A stretch of 64,000 bases of DNA from Gemmatimonadales bacterium (lineage in GTDB: Bacteria > Gemmatimonadota > Gemmatimonadetes > Gemmatimonadales > GWC2-71-9): NCBI GenBank assembly GCA_035601235.1, contig DATNOR010000160.1, forward strand, positions 2,137-66,136, given 5' to 3'. Below the pieces are notes generated by a model. It had not been told where the DNA came from, did not search any database, and saw nothing but the letters and a program-made list of their open reading frames with translations. Positions 44,264 to 54,345 of the stretch are shown here, piece by piece. Positions within the stretch are counted from its first letter, which is position 1, and each line of letters begins with the position of its first letter. The position numbers and the translations under genes are program-made.

Positions 44264-44995
44264 ATGTCTGAGGCCATGAGCACCACTCTCGAACTCCGAC
44301 CCTCTCGCCCGGCGAGGATCTCGCTGTCGCACCGTGCGCCATTCGGCGCGCTCGACCGCGAGCATGCCGCACGCCGGGCCCTCAACATCGTCGTCGCCGC
44401 GGTCGGCCTGGTCGTGGCCTTCCCGCTCATGTTGCTGATCGCCGTGGTGATCAAGCTGACCTCGCGCGGACCCGTCCTGTTCACGCAAACGCGCGTCGGG
44501 TTGGACCGCCGGTCGCTCTCGGGAGCCGGGGGGAATACACGGCGCCACACCGACTTGGGCGGCTCGCCGTTCACGATGTACAAGTTCCGCACGATGCGCC
44601 CGGCCGACGAGACCAACTCGGCGGTGTGGGCGCAGCCGGAGGACGACCGCGTCACCCCGCTCGGCCGGGTCCTGCGCAAGCTGCGGCTCGACGAGCTGCC
44701 TCAGCTCTTCAACGTGCTGAAGGGCGACATGAACATGGTGGGTCCGCGGCCCGAGCAGCCGACCATCTTCGTGTTTCTGCGGGAGCAGATCGAAGGGTAT
44801 CAGCGGCGCCAGCGGGTTCGCCCCGGCATCACGGGGTGGGCCCAGATCAACCAGGGGTACGACACCTCGGTGGATGACGTGCGCCACAAGGTGCGGTACG
44901 ACCTCGAGTACATCCGCCGCCAGTCGGCGCTCGAAGATCTGCGCATCATGGCCCGCACGCTGCCCGTGATGCTGCGGCGCCGCGGCGCCTGGTAG
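44264..44995 (+). CDS. Initiating polyprenyl-phosphate sugar phosphotransferase (bacterial sugar transferase, EpsB/WbaP C-terminal type)
   Basis: It has one TM segment, then KLTSRGPVLF.Q.RVG, F.MYKFRTM, DELPQLFNVLKGDMNMVGPRP and GITGWAQ motifs. The start is uncertain (TTG 44258, ATG 44264 or ATG 44276). Confidence 0.85.
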   Translation: MSEAMSTTLELRPSRPARISLSHRAPFGALDREHAARRALNIVVAAVGLVVAFPLMLLIAVVIKLTSRGPVLFTQTRVGLDRRSLSGAGGNTRRHTDLGGSPFTMYKFRTMRPADETNSAVWAQPEDDRVTPLGRVLRKLRLDELPQLFNVLKGDMNMVGPRPEQPTIFVFLREQIEGYQRRQRVRPGITGWAQINQGYDTSVDDVRHKVRYDLEYIRRQSALEDLRIMARTLPVMLRRRGAW

Positions 44996-45011
44996 GGTGT
45001 CGCCCTCGCCG

Positions 45012-46043
45012 CTAGGCGAGCACCAGCGCTGCCGTCGTCTCCTCCACTAAGCCTCGCGCGATCCGCTCGTCGCGAATCAGGGCGTCGACAAGGAACTTGG
45101 TGGCAGTGATCGTACCCTCCCGACGGCGCGCGGACGTGAGCACGCGCAGCACCGGTCGCACGGGCTCGAGCCACACTCGGGCGCCAGTGATCTCATAGAG
45201 GCGCAGCCAGACGTTCGCCATGTGGGCCTGGCCGACCGGACAGCACGAAGAGCCGGCGGGCTGCCAGCCGGGTGCGAATCGGTCGGGCAACCGCCCCTCC
45301 CGCCCCTGGGCGGCCGCCACACCAGCCGCCGACCGCGCGGCCAGCGCGATAAGCCGCTCGTCTCTCAGCAGGCGACCCCCCTCGAGCAGCCCGCGAATCG
45401 CGTCTGCGAGGTCCGCAAGCCCGCGAGAGCGCTCCGGGAAGCGGGCATCCGGCATCCAGCCGTCGTCGTGCTGCAGCCGCGCCACGGTGCGCAGATGCTT
45501 CGCCGCTGCCACCCGGAATTCGGGCGCGCCCAGCCGGCGCCCGGCCTCCGCCAGTGCCCATGCGGTTCGCGGGCAGTACGCCACGTCGTGCCGCCACAGT
45601 CCGTCCTCGTCGAGCCTGGCGAGGAGGAAGCGGCCCGCCCGCCGGGAGGCCCCAGCGAACACGCCCCACCCAGTCTCGCTGAACGCGGCGACCCACCCCA
45701 GCAGGGCCTGCCCCGTTCCGACCACTCCTCCCCGCGCGGCGCCCGACGGCAACTGCATTTCCACCCCCCATCGCGCGGCCTCGCCGGCCCGCTGGGCGAG
45801 GTCAGGACGACCGAGATGCTGCGCGGCGAGATAAAACGTGGGGATCACGCGGCCGGTGGTTTCCGGGCAAGCGCACCGCGCGCCGTTAGAGGCGGCGTCG
45901 GGGCCTCCGCCGAGTGGGTGCGCCCGCGCGAGCGCGCCGTTCCCCATCGCGTCCTGTGCGCGCATCAGCCAGTCGACCCCGGCGGCAAGGTGTGTCGACC
46001 CATCTGCGCTGCGATGGGCGAGTACGCCGTCGCGTGCTGTCAT
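45012..46043 (-). CDS. Hypothetical protein, Ala/Trp-rich helical repeats (possibly an alpha/alpha-toroid, prenyltransferase/terpenoid-cyclase-like fold)
   Basis: 343 aa with no catalytic motif recognised. Recurrent A..W.....Q..DGGW-like segments are present (LQHDDGWMPD, LDEDGLWRHD). Confidence 0.4.
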   Translation of the reverse strand: MTARDGVLAHRSADGSTHLAAGVDWLMRAQDAMGNGALARAHPLGGGPDAASNGARCACPETTGRVIPTFYLAAQHLGRPDLAQRAGEAARWGVEMQLPSGAARGGVVGTGQALLGWVAAFSETGWGVFAGASRRAGRFLLARLDEDGLWRHDVAYCPRTAWALAEAGRRLGAPEFRVAAAKHLRTVARLQHDDGWMPDARFPERSRGLADLADAIRGLLEGGRLLRDERLIALAARSAAGVAAAQGREGRLPDRFAPGWQPAGSSCCPVGQAHMANVWLRLYEITGARVWLEPVRPVLRVLTSARRREGTITATKFLVDALIRDERIARGLVEETTAALVLA

Positions 46044-46351
46044 CTCGAACTACACCTCCCCAAGGGTAGGCCTAATGGCGCAACGGCCGTGCCGCCACCA
46101 GTTGTTGCGTGAACGCCACGGGGCACCGCGTGACCATGAGCTGTAGGGAGTCCGGGCCGCCACACGACGAGTGTGCTTCTTGCAGAGGTGGCTGCGCGCA
46201 CCCGCCCAGTCCCGAACAGGAGCAGGCATCTCAGTGACGTCCCCAAAGCCCCCAATCACGTGACCATCTGCGCCGCGCTCTTTTGCGGTCGGTGTGTGCC
46301 GTGGCGGGCACCACGCTGAGTCCCCTGGCTCCACCCGAGGAGCCGTCGGTC

Positions 46352-47821
46352 GTGCAGAGCGAGCCTTCCCCGGCGCGCGAGCTTGACCGCTCGCTGGTGC
46401 GGGGTCTCGCGTGGACCGGTACGACGCGCTGGGCCACGCAGATCCTCACTTGGGCCTCGACCTTGGTGGTCGCCAAGCTGTTGGCGCCGACCGACTACGG
46501 CCTGGTGGGCATGGCCATGGTCTACCTCGGGCTCATGCAGCTCGTGAACGACTTCGGGTTGGGCCTCACGATCGTGCAGCGCCGGGACTTGGACGGCGAC
46601 CAGATCGCCCGGCTGGGCGGCTTTGCTCTGGTGATCGGCTGCGTGTTGATCGGGCTTTCGGCGGCCCTGTCCGGAGCGGTGGCGCGGTTCTTCGGGGAGC
46701 CAGCCGTCGGACCGATCGTCGTGGTGTGGAGCCTGGCATTCCTTATGGCGGCGGCCCAAACGGTGCCGCGAGCGCTGTTGCGACGCGATCTCGACTTTCG
46801 CAGGCTCGCCTGGGCGGATGGCGCGGAGGCGTTCGCGGCCACGGTCACGACGCTAACGCTCGCCGCAACGGGATTTCGCTACTGGGCCCTCGTCTTCGGG
46901 ACCCTCGCCGGCCGGCTCACGAGCACGATCCTCACCTGCGTGTGGCGACCGCATCGTGTCGCATGGCCGAGCCGCTTCGGCTCCATCGCCACGGCCGTCA
47001 CGTTTGGCTGGCACGTGGTCGTCGGCACGCTCGCCTGGTATTTCTACGACAACGCCGACTTCGCGATTGTGGGCCGTGTACTCGGCAAGGCTGCGTTGGG
47101 GGCCTACACCTTGGGCTGGACGATCGCCAGCATCCCCGTGGACCGCGTGACCGCGCTGGTCGGCAGCGTGACCCTCCCGGTGTTCTCCGCGGTGCAACAC
47201 GACCGGCCGGCCCTGCAGCGCTATCTTCGCAACCTCACTGAGGCCCTCGCACTCATCACGTTCCCGGCGGCCGTGGGCATCGCCCTGGTGGCCGACGAGT
47301 TCGTGCTACTCGCACTGGGTGACCGCTGGCGACCCGCGATCCTGCCGCTACGGCTGCTCGCGCTCGCGGCCGCGTCCAGATCGATCAGCGCGCTGCTCCC
47401 GCAGGTGATCATCGCTACGGGTCACTCCAAGCGTAGCATGCAGTTCACGATTCTCGCAGCGCTCGTCCTCCCGGCCCTGTTCTACTTCGGGTCGCATTGG
47501 GGAGCCGCGGGCGTCGCGGCGGCCTGGCTGGTGGGGCACCCCCTTCTCGTGATGCCGTTGGTCCTCGTGTACGCGCTGCGTCTCACCGACCTGTCGCTCG
47601 GGGGATATCTGCGGTCGCTCCGGCCGGCCGCAGGCGCGACGCTGGCAATGGCCGCCGCCGTGCTCGCCGTGCGCTGGAGCACACCGCTAAGCTGGCCGCT
47701 GAGCGTGCGCCTCGCCGCCCATGTGCTGGTCGGGGTCGCGGTCTATGCGGCCGTGGTATACGGCGCACACCGCCGCCGCGTGCAGGCCCTGTGGGCCGTG
47801 GTCCGCGCCGTGCGTGAGTGA
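46352..47821 (+). CDS. MOP-superfamily polysaccharide flippase (Wzx-like)
   Basis: It has about 12-14 TM segments and an N-terminus LVRGLAWTG..W..Q......T.VVAKLL.P.DYGL typical of the Wzx/PST family. I chose the GTG 46352 start, which has GAGGAG 9 nt upstream. The ORF is open from TTG 46283. Confidence 0.8.
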   Translation: MQSEPSPARELDRSLVRGLAWTGTTRWATQILTWASTLVVAKLLAPTDYGLVGMAMVYLGLMQLVNDFGLGLTIVQRRDLDGDQIARLGGFALVIGCVLIGLSAALSGAVARFFGEPAVGPIVVVWSLAFLMAAAQTVPRALLRRDLDFRRLAWADGAEAFAATVTTLTLAATGFRYWALVFGTLAGRLTSTILTCVWRPHRVAWPSRFGSIATAVTFGWHVVVGTLAWYFYDNADFAIVGRVLGKAALGAYTLGWTIASIPVDRVTALVGSVTLPVFSAVQHDRPALQRYLRNLTEALALITFPAAVGIALVADEFVLLALGDRWRPAILPLRLLALAAASRSISALLPQVIIATGHSKRSMQFTILAALVLPALFYFGSHWGAAGVAAAWLVGHPLLVMPLVLVYALRLTDLSLGGYLRSLRPAAGATLAMAAAVLAVRWSTPLSWPLSVRLAAHVLVGVAVYAAVVYGAHRRRVQALWAVVRAVRE

Positions 47822-47825
47822 TCCG

Positions 47826-48968
47826 ATGTCGGCGACAGGAGCCAACGTTGAGATAGTGCCTGCTGCAGAGACCGTCGTGACCTGCCTGCCCCTCGTGCAA
47901 ACGCTCGCCGACGAGCAGGGCTGGGAGGGGCTGCGGGCTTGCTCGCCCGCTGCCTCGCCGTTTGCGGGCTGGGCGTGGCATCGGGCATGGTTCTCCGCCG
48001 CTCCGGCGGAGGAGTTGCACGCCACACGCACGATACTGCTGCGTGGTGCGGGGCACGCCGTAGAGGCGATCCTCCCGCTGGCGCTTCGGACGGTCGAGTT
48101 TCGGCGCCAGCGCACCGCTGCGCTGACGTGGGCGATCGGCGATCTCGGCTGTCCCGACCACCTGGATGTCCTGGCCCGACCGGAAGCGGACCTCGACGCC
48201 GTGATTCCCGCGTTGACGTCCCTCCCGTGGGAGCTGCTCGTTCTGGGGAACTTGGCGCCCGGAGCGCCGAACGCAACCCGGTTGGCGCAAGGCCTGGCGC
48301 GCGCCGGCTGCGCGGTTCGCTGGAACGCCGCCTGGCCCTGCCCCTACCTCCAGCTGCCGGCCAGCTGGGACGAGTACTTGTCTTCGTTGAGCTCGAACCG
48401 ACGTCAGGTCCTGCGCCGCCGCGAGCGCGTCCTACGCCGCGAGCATGCCCTGACGCTGGCCGACTACGACGCCGGCCGACTGGACCAGGGTTGGGAGCAC
48501 CTGGTGGCCCTCCACAACAAGCGGTGGGGCGCCGCCGGTGTGTTCAACGACCCCCGGATGGATCGTCTGCATCGCACGTTCGCGCACGAGCTCGCCGTGC
48601 GGGGGCAGCTCTGGCTGACGACTCTGGATCTCGACGGTGTGCCCGTGGCCGCGTGGTATGGCTTCGCCGACGGCGACACGGTCTACTTCTATCAGAGCGG
48701 CCGGGATCCACGCTGGGAGGAAAAGAGCGTCGGCGTCGCGCTCATGGTGGAGATGATCCGCCGCGCCATCGAGCGCGGCTACCGGCGGTTTGACTTCTTG
48801 CGCGGCGACGAGGCGTACAAGCGGCAGTGGACCGCGTCGCAGCGCGTGACGCAGGAACTGGTGGCGTTTCGGTCCAGCTGGCGAGGGCATTGGCTCCGCG
48901 GCCTCGACTGGGCGGGTCGCCTCCGTGCCCGGCTGCGGGGCGGGGACGGGAGGGACGCGGCCGGATGA
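47826..48968 (+). CDS. GNAT-fold acyltransferase (CelD/BioF2-like, FemAB-related type)
   Basis: I trimmed the start to ATG 47826. The C-terminal half (W..L..LH..RW.....F........F...........L..L..DG.PVAA.YGF.....VYFYQSG) is typical of the CelD-like Acetyltransf_6 family. Confidence 0.65.
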   Translation: MSATGANVEIVPAAETVVTCLPLVQTLADEQGWEGLRACSPAASPFAGWAWHRAWFSAAPAEELHATRTILLRGAGHAVEAILPLALRTVEFRRQRTAALTWAIGDLGCPDHLDVLARPEADLDAVIPALTSLPWELLVLGNLAPGAPNATRLAQGLARAGCAVRWNAAWPCPYLQLPASWDEYLSSLSSNRRQVLRRRERVLRREHALTLADYDAGRLDQGWEHLVALHNKRWGAAGVFNDPRMDRLHRTFAHELAVRGQLWLTTLDLDGVPVAAWYGFADGDTVYFYQSGRDPRWEEKSVGVALMVEMIRRAIERGYRRFDFLRGDEAYKRQWTASQRVTQELVAFRSSWRGHWLRGLDWAGRLRARLRGGDGRDAAG

Positions 48969-49981
48969 CCGAGCCGACGCTCCTGATCGTTTCGATCGAC
49001 ACCGAGGAGGACAATTGGCGCCCGCGTCGTGACGGTGTGACGGTCGAGAACATCCGCGAACTGCCACGTCTCGATGGGCTATTTCAAAGACTCGGCGTGC
49101 GGGCGACGTACTTCAGCACCTACCAGGTCGCGATCCGCGACTGGGCGGCGCCCATCTTGCGGGAGCTCCACGGCGGCGGAGCGGAGCTGGGCGCACACCT
49201 GCATCCCTGGAACACACCACCGCTGGACGAGCCCTTCGCCCCTCGCAACACCATGCTCAAGAACCTGCCGGCTGCGCTGCAGCTCGCCAAGCTCGAGCGT
49301 CTCACGGCGACCCTGCGCGAGGCGTTTGGTGGGCGCCCGGTGTCGTTCCGCGCAGGCCGCTACGGGCTCGGCCCCGACTCCGTCACTGCCCTGATCCGCT
49401 GCGGCTACCGCGTCGACTCGAGCGTTACGCCGTTCGTGAGCTGGGAGGAGTACGACGATGGGCCCACCTTCATCGGAGCGCCGCTCGACTCATATCGCCT
49501 GGCCGGAGGCGCCGACGTGCGGATCCCGCAGCCCGAGGGGCCGCTGGTGGAGCTTCCCATGTCGGTTGGCTACAATCGTCCTCCGTCAGGGGCGTGGGCG
49601 AGACTGTACCGGGCCCTGTCGACCCCGGCGCTGCGGCCGCTGCATCTGCGCGGCATCGCGTCGCGCGCGGGAATCGTCAAACGCATTGCCTTGAGCCCGG
49701 AGACCGACTCGGTACCCGACATGCTGACGCTGTCACGCCGCCTGGTAGACGCGGGCGTGCGCCATCTCCACCTGTTCTTTCACAGCCCCAGTCTCAGCCC
49801 CGGCTTGAGCCCGTTCGCTCCCGACGGGGCGGGCGTCGAGCGGATGTATCGCTCGATCGCGACGTACATCGAGGGCCTCGCCCGCGTGACCGCGCTGCGC
49901 TTCGTAACGGTCTCGGAGGCCGCGACCCTGCTCCAGACCGCGCCGTGGCACCACTCCGCTGCCGCGGCCTCCCCCTCTTAG
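48965..49981 (+). CDS. Polysaccharide deacetylase-like protein (WalW-like)
   Basis: ATGA overlap with the upstream gene. It has an N-terminal LLIVSIDTEEDNW, ATYF and ELGAHLHPW His-rich metal-site-like motifs. Confidence 0.65.
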   Translation: MTEPTLLIVSIDTEEDNWRPRRDGVTVENIRELPRLDGLFQRLGVRATYFSTYQVAIRDWAAPILRELHGGGAELGAHLHPWNTPPLDEPFAPRNTMLKNLPAALQLAKLERLTATLREAFGGRPVSFRAGRYGLGPDSVTALIRCGYRVDSSVTPFVSWEEYDDGPTFIGAPLDSYRLAGGADVRIPQPEGPLVELPMSVGYNRPPSGAWARLYRALSTPALRPLHLRGIASRAGIVKRIALSPETDSVPDMLTLSRRLVDAGVRHLHLFFHSPSLSPGLSPFAPDGAGVERMYRSIATYIEGLARVTALRFVTVSEAATLLQTAPWHHSAAAASPS

Positions 49982-49988
49982 CGGCGCG

Positions 49989-51167
49989 TTACGCCGCCCG
50001 CACGCCTTCGCGACGGGTCGGTTCCCACACGGGGGTGCGTTCGCCCTTGATGGCCCGGACCGAGGCGGACAGGGCCGCCACGTTCCCCACCACCAGATAG
50101 GCGGGGAGCGCGACAACCTTGGGCAGGCGGCGGTCCTCGGGCCACCACCACGCCAGTGCGGCGCACAGGCCGGCCGTGGCCGCGAGCCCGGCGCCCCATC
50201 GTGCCCACCAGAACGTCTGCGCCAGACACACCAGCGCGACCAACGCCGGCAGGGCCACGTGGGGGATGACCCAGCGACAGACCTTGTGGCTCGCGAGAAT
50301 CCACGCGAACAGCCCGTGGCGGAACGGGTTCAACAGCGCGCGCTTGAAGTGCAGCGTGTGCCAACCGCGCACGATCGTGCGCACTTTGCGGCGGTATTCC
50401 TTCCGGAGCGACGGCACCCGGGGCACGGTGCACACGGCGCCCTCGACGGAGACGGTGCGCAGCCCCTGCTCGCGGGCGAGCAAGGCCGCGGCGAAGTCGC
50501 GACTGATCTCCTCCGGCAGGACGCGCAGATGGATCGGTGCGCGAACAGCGTGGAAACATCCCGCCGCCCCCGGGATACCCGCGACGCGCGTCTCGAGCTG
50601 ACGCACCCACATGTCGTAGCCGACGTACCAGGACTCGCCGTGGTTGGCGTGCCCGTCCACCCGCGCCACGCTCACGTAGTGTCCGGAAGCGACGCCGACC
50701 GTGGGATCGGCGAAGCTCGCGATCAGCGCCTTGAGGGCCCCCCGCTCCGGACGGGCCGACGCATCGGTGGTGACGATGATGTCCCCCCGCAAGAGCGGCA
50801 GTGCGGCGTTCTCGGCGGCCGTCTTCCCTCCCCGGCGGGGCAGCCGCAGCAGCTCGACGCCCCGGCCGGCGTACTCGCGCACGATGGCGTCGGTCCGATC
50901 GGTCGAGGCGTCCGACAACACGAGAATCTGCCGCCGATCCGCGGGATATTCGAGCTGCAGCAGGTTGTCGAGTGTTTGGCGGACCACGGCTTCTTCGTTG
51001 TAGACCGGGAGCACGATACTGATCGCCGGCCACTCGGCCGGCAACGCGGCGGGGGGTCGGCCCCGCCGGAAGAGTCCGGTCAGCCCCAGCAACAGCGGAT
51101 AGCCCACGTAGGTATAGGCGGCAAATGCCAGCGCGATAACGAGCAGCCAAACACAGATTGCGGTCAT
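49989..51167 (-). CDS. Family-2 glycosyltransferase, membrane-anchored
   Basis: I trimmed the start to ATG 51167 (ATGA overlap). It has an N-terminal TM segment, ISIVLPVYNEE, VLSDASTD and TTDAS (DxD-like) motifs, and C-terminal TM segments. Confidence 0.85.
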   Translation of the reverse strand: MTAICVWLLVIALAFAAYTYVGYPLLLGLTGLFRRGRPPAALPAEWPAISIVLPVYNEEAVVRQTLDNLLQLEYPADRRQILVLSDASTDRTDAIVREYAGRGVELLRLPRRGGKTAAENAALPLLRGDIIVTTDASARPERGALKALIASFADPTVGVASGHYVSVARVDGHANHGESWYVGYDMWVRQLETRVAGIPGAAGCFHAVRAPIHLRVLPEEISRDFAAALLAREQGLRTVSVEGAVCTVPRVPSLRKEYRRKVRTIVRGWHTLHFKRALLNPFRHGLFAWILASHKVCRWVIPHVALPALVALVCLAQTFWWARWGAGLAATAGLCAALAWWWPEDRRLPKVVALPAYLVVGNVAALSASVRAIKGERTPVWEPTRREGVRAA

Positions 51168-52321
51168 CCCACACTCCGATAGATGCGTTCGTACCGCTCC
51201 AACCAGGGACCGGGGGCGAAGTCGCTCGCCAGCCGCTCGTTTGCCAGCCGCGCCCGGTGCGCTGCCGCCGCCGGATCCGCGTGCACCGATCGGATCGCCT
51301 GCGCCAATGCCGCGGGATCGTCCGCTGTGACCAGCAGCGCCTCCGCGGGCGAGACGACGTCGGGGACGCCCCCGACGGCGCTCGCCACGATCGGCGTGCA
51401 CGCCGCCATCGCCTCGAACAGCACGATCGGCGTGCCTTCCATGCGGGAGCTGAGCGCGAACACGTCGAATGCCGCAAACAGCCGCGCCGCCTCGACCACG
51501 TTGCCCAGCCAGCGCACGCGGTCGCCCAAGCCCAGGCGCGCGGCCAGTTGCTCGAGCGCGGGTCGCCCGCGCCCGTCGCCCACGACCGACGCGACCACCG
51601 GCAGGTCCGTGAGCCGGGCTAGCGCCGCGAGCAGCACATCGGCGCCCTTCTCCGGTCTGAGCCGCCCCACCCAGCCGAGGTGGAATCGCCCGTCGGGAAC
51701 GGCGAGCTGCGCGCGTGCCTGCTCCCGTGGCAGCGGAGGCGGGTCGTTCGCGGGCCACGCGTTGGGGACGATGTGCACGCGCGCGGCTGGCACGCCCGTC
51801 CGCTCCAGGTCGCGGGCCAGCGGGCGCGACACGGCGACCACGGCATCGAAGCGGCGAAACGCCCGCCGCTGCAGCCGCTCGTAGATCCAGTTCTTCCAGT
51901 CGCCCCCGGTGAACCCGTGCACCGTCGTCACCGTCGGGACACCCGCGCGGCGGGCGGCGCCCGCGTCCACCACGTCGACATGGTAGCCGTGGGTGTGCAT
52001 GACGTCCGGCCGGAGCCGGCGACACAGCTCTGCAATCTCGGTTCGCTCGCGGCCGTAGGCCCGAGGCGGGACCCGGAGCGGAATCGTCTCCACGCCGGCC
52101 TGCTCGAGGGGCGCCAGGAAGGGGTGGCGGTCGGCCCCGTTTGTCAGAACGGCGACCACCCACACATCATGCCCAGCCCGGTGCTGACCGGTCGCCAGCG
52201 TGTGCACGACGCGCTCCGCACCGCCCACGTCCGCGGGAGCGATGACGTGCAGCACGGACAGCCTGTCTCGCGATGTCACACGACCACCTGGAACAATCTC
52301 CGTGCCTGAGTCACCGGGCAT
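51164..52321 (-). CDS. Family-4 (GT-B, Glycos_transf_1) glycosyltransferase
   Basis: It has LSVLHVIAPADVGGAERVV at the N-terminus and a C-terminal EGTPIVLFEAMAACTPIVAS motif. Confidence 0.85.
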   Translation of the reverse strand: MPGDSGTEIVPGGRVTSRDRLSVLHVIAPADVGGAERVVHTLATGQHRAGHDVWVVAVLTNGADRHPFLAPLEQAGVETIPLRVPPRAYGRERTEIAELCRRLRPDVMHTHGYHVDVVDAGAARRAGVPTVTTVHGFTGGDWKNWIYERLQRRAFRRFDAVVAVSRPLARDLERTGVPAARVHIVPNAWPANDPPPLPREQARAQLAVPDGRFHLGWVGRLRPEKGADVLLAALARLTDLPVVASVVGDGRGRPALEQLAARLGLGDRVRWLGNVVEAARLFAAFDVFALSSRMEGTPIVLFEAMAACTPIVASAVGGVPDVVSPAEALLVTADDPAALAQAIRSVHADPAAAAHRARLANERLASDFAPGPWLERYERIYRSVG

Positions 52322-52405
52322 GCCGGAGCGGGCGGGTGCTGCGTGGGCGCAACGCCTGGGTGGCTGTGCTCTACAGTCGGACTGGTGTAGACCGGGGCGC
52401 CCGCG

Positions 52406-52421
52406 CGGCCTCCCTCTTGCT
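52406..52421 (+). promoter_or_regulatory. Candidate sigma-54 promoter upstream of asnB-type gene
   Basis: cGGCCTccctcTTGCT has correct GG-N10-GC spacing and a full TTGCT box. The -12 C is only 18 nt from ATG 52438. Confidence 0.3.
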
Positions 52422-52437
52422 CCAGACGCCGACGCTC

Positions 52438-54345
52438 ATGTGCGGCATCGTCGGCATCGTCCACGCGGACCCGGCCCGGCCCGTCTCCCCTGCCCTGATC
52501 CGGCGGATGTGCGAGGCGATCCGGCACCGGGGCCCCGACGACGAGGGCGTCCACGTCGACGGGTCCGTCGGCCTGGGCATGCGTCGCCTCAGCATCATCG
52601 ACCTCGCGGGCGGGCACCAGCCGATCTTGAACGAGGATCGGTCGGCGGTGATCGTGTTCAACGGCGAGATCTACAACTACGCGGAGTTGCGCCGCGGACT
52701 AGTCGCCCGCGGACATACGTTCGCGACCCACGGGGACACGGAAACCATCCTGCATCTGTACGAGGAGGAAGGCCCCGACTGCGTCGCGCGGCTGCGGGGC
52801 ATGTTTGCCTTCGCCATCTGGGACGCCAAGGCGGGGACGCTGCTGCTCGCGCGCGACCGCTTCGGGATCAAGCCGTTGTACATCGCCACCGCGCCCTGGG
52901 GGATCGCGTTCGCGTCCGAGCTGAAGGCGCTGCACGCGGCGGGCCTGGTGGACCGCACGCTCGACTGGGATGCGCTCGACATGTATTTCCAGCTCGGGTA
53001 CATCCCCGCCCCGGCGACGCCGTTCGCGGGCGTCACCAAGCTCGAGCCGGGCCACACAGCGCTGTGGCACTCCCGGCGCGGCGTGTCGACCAGACAGTAC
53101 TGGGACCTCCCCCGGGAGCGTGTGGCGGCGCCGCGCGACGCGGACGAGCGGGTCAGGGAGTGGCTGGACGAGTCGGTGCGGGCGCACCTCGTGAGCGACG
53201 TGCCGGTGGCGGCGTTCCTCTCCGGCGGGCTCGATTCGTCGGCCGTGGTCTCGAGCTGGGCGCTGGCGAGCGACGCTCCGCACGCGTTCACGGCACGGTA
53301 CTTCGGCTCAGGGGCCGCCAGCGCCGACGAGACGGACCTGGCCCGCCGACTCGCCGCCAAGTACGGCGTCAAACTGACCGAGGTGGACATCCACCCCGAC
53401 GTGCGCGACCTGCTCGAGCCGATCACGCACGCCCTCGACGAGCCTCATGCGGACCAGTCGGCCGTGCCGACGTGGTTGCTGTCGCAGGCGGTGGGTGCGT
53501 CCTACAAGGTCGCCCTCACCGGGATCGGGGGCGACGAGCTGTTCGCGGGCTACCGTCGTCACATCGGTCTGCTGGCGGGAGAGCGCTACGCGCGGCTGCC
53601 GCATGCCGTGCAGCGCGGCTTGAGCGGGCTCGCGAACCAGCTGCGTGAGCCGCGTGGCGCGTCGCTGTCGGTCGATCGGTTCAAGCGCTTCCTGCAGCCC
53701 GGCAACGGGTCCTCCGCCGATCGGTTTCTCGGGTACGTCAGCAGACTGGCCGACAGTGGGCGACGGCAGCTGTATGTCGCGGGCCTATGGGACCAGTTGC
53801 GCGGCCCTCCTGCCGGCGCGCGCTTCCGGGAGCTCCACTCCGCTCACGGGACTCCGTCCGGTCTGACCGCGGCGTTGTATCTCGACTACAAGACCTTTCT
53901 TCCCGACGACGTACTGGCGCTGAGCGACCGCTTGGCCATGGCGCACTCGCTCGAGATTCGGGTCCCGTTCGTGGACCACGTGCTCGTCGAGCGGGTGTTT
54001 CCGCTGCCGGATCGGACCAAGATCGGCTGGTGGCAGAACAAGCGGCTGCTCAAGCGCGCGCTGCGCGGCCGCCTCCCGCGGCAGCATCTGCGGGCGCCGA
54101 AGCGGGGGTTCGTGGGTCCCACCGCCGAGTGGTTGCGTCACGAGCTGCGTGGCGTGATCGAGGACGAGCTCGCACCCGACCGGCTGCGCCGACTTGGGTA
54201 CTTCGAGCCGGCCATCGTGCGCGGGCTGCTCGACGATCATTTCGCTCGCCGCCACAACCGCGAGGGCATCTTGTGGGGCTTGCTGTGCTTTTCGGTCTGG
54301 CACCGGCTGTACGTCGAGGACGGCGCGGCGGTGCCAGTCCCGTGA
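52438..54345 (+). CDS. asnB: Asparagine synthase (glutamine-hydrolysing) family amidotransferase, EPS-locus type
   Basis: I trimmed the start to ATG 52438, giving N-terminal MCGIVG (Ntn Cys). It has the PP-loop AFLSGGLDSS, and the length (635 aa) fits AsnB-like proteins. Confidence 0.9.
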   Translation: MCGIVGIVHADPARPVSPALIRRMCEAIRHRGPDDEGVHVDGSVGLGMRRLSIIDLAGGHQPILNEDRSAVIVFNGEIYNYAELRRGLVARGHTFATHGDTETILHLYEEEGPDCVARLRGMFAFAIWDAKAGTLLLARDRFGIKPLYIATAPWGIAFASELKALHAAGLVDRTLDWDALDMYFQLGYIPAPATPFAGVTKLEPGHTALWHSRRGVSTRQYWDLPRERVAAPRDADERVREWLDESVRAHLVSDVPVAAFLSGGLDSSAVVSSWALASDAPHAFTARYFGSGAASADETDLARRLAAKYGVKLTEVDIHPDVRDLLEPITHALDEPHADQSAVPTWLLSQAVGASYKVALTGIGGDELFAGYRRHIGLLAGERYARLPHAVQRGLSGLANQLREPRGASLSVDRFKRFLQPGNGSSADRFLGYVSRLADSGRRQLYVAGLWDQLRGPPAGARFRELHSAHGTPSGLTAALYLDYKTFLPDDVLALSDRLAMAHSLEIRVPFVDHVLVERVFPLPDRTKIGWWQNKRLLKRALRGRLPRQHLRAPKRGFVGPTAEWLRHELRGVIEDELAPDRLRRLGYFEPAIVRGLLDDHFARRHNREGILWGLLCFSVWHRLYVEDGAAVPVP

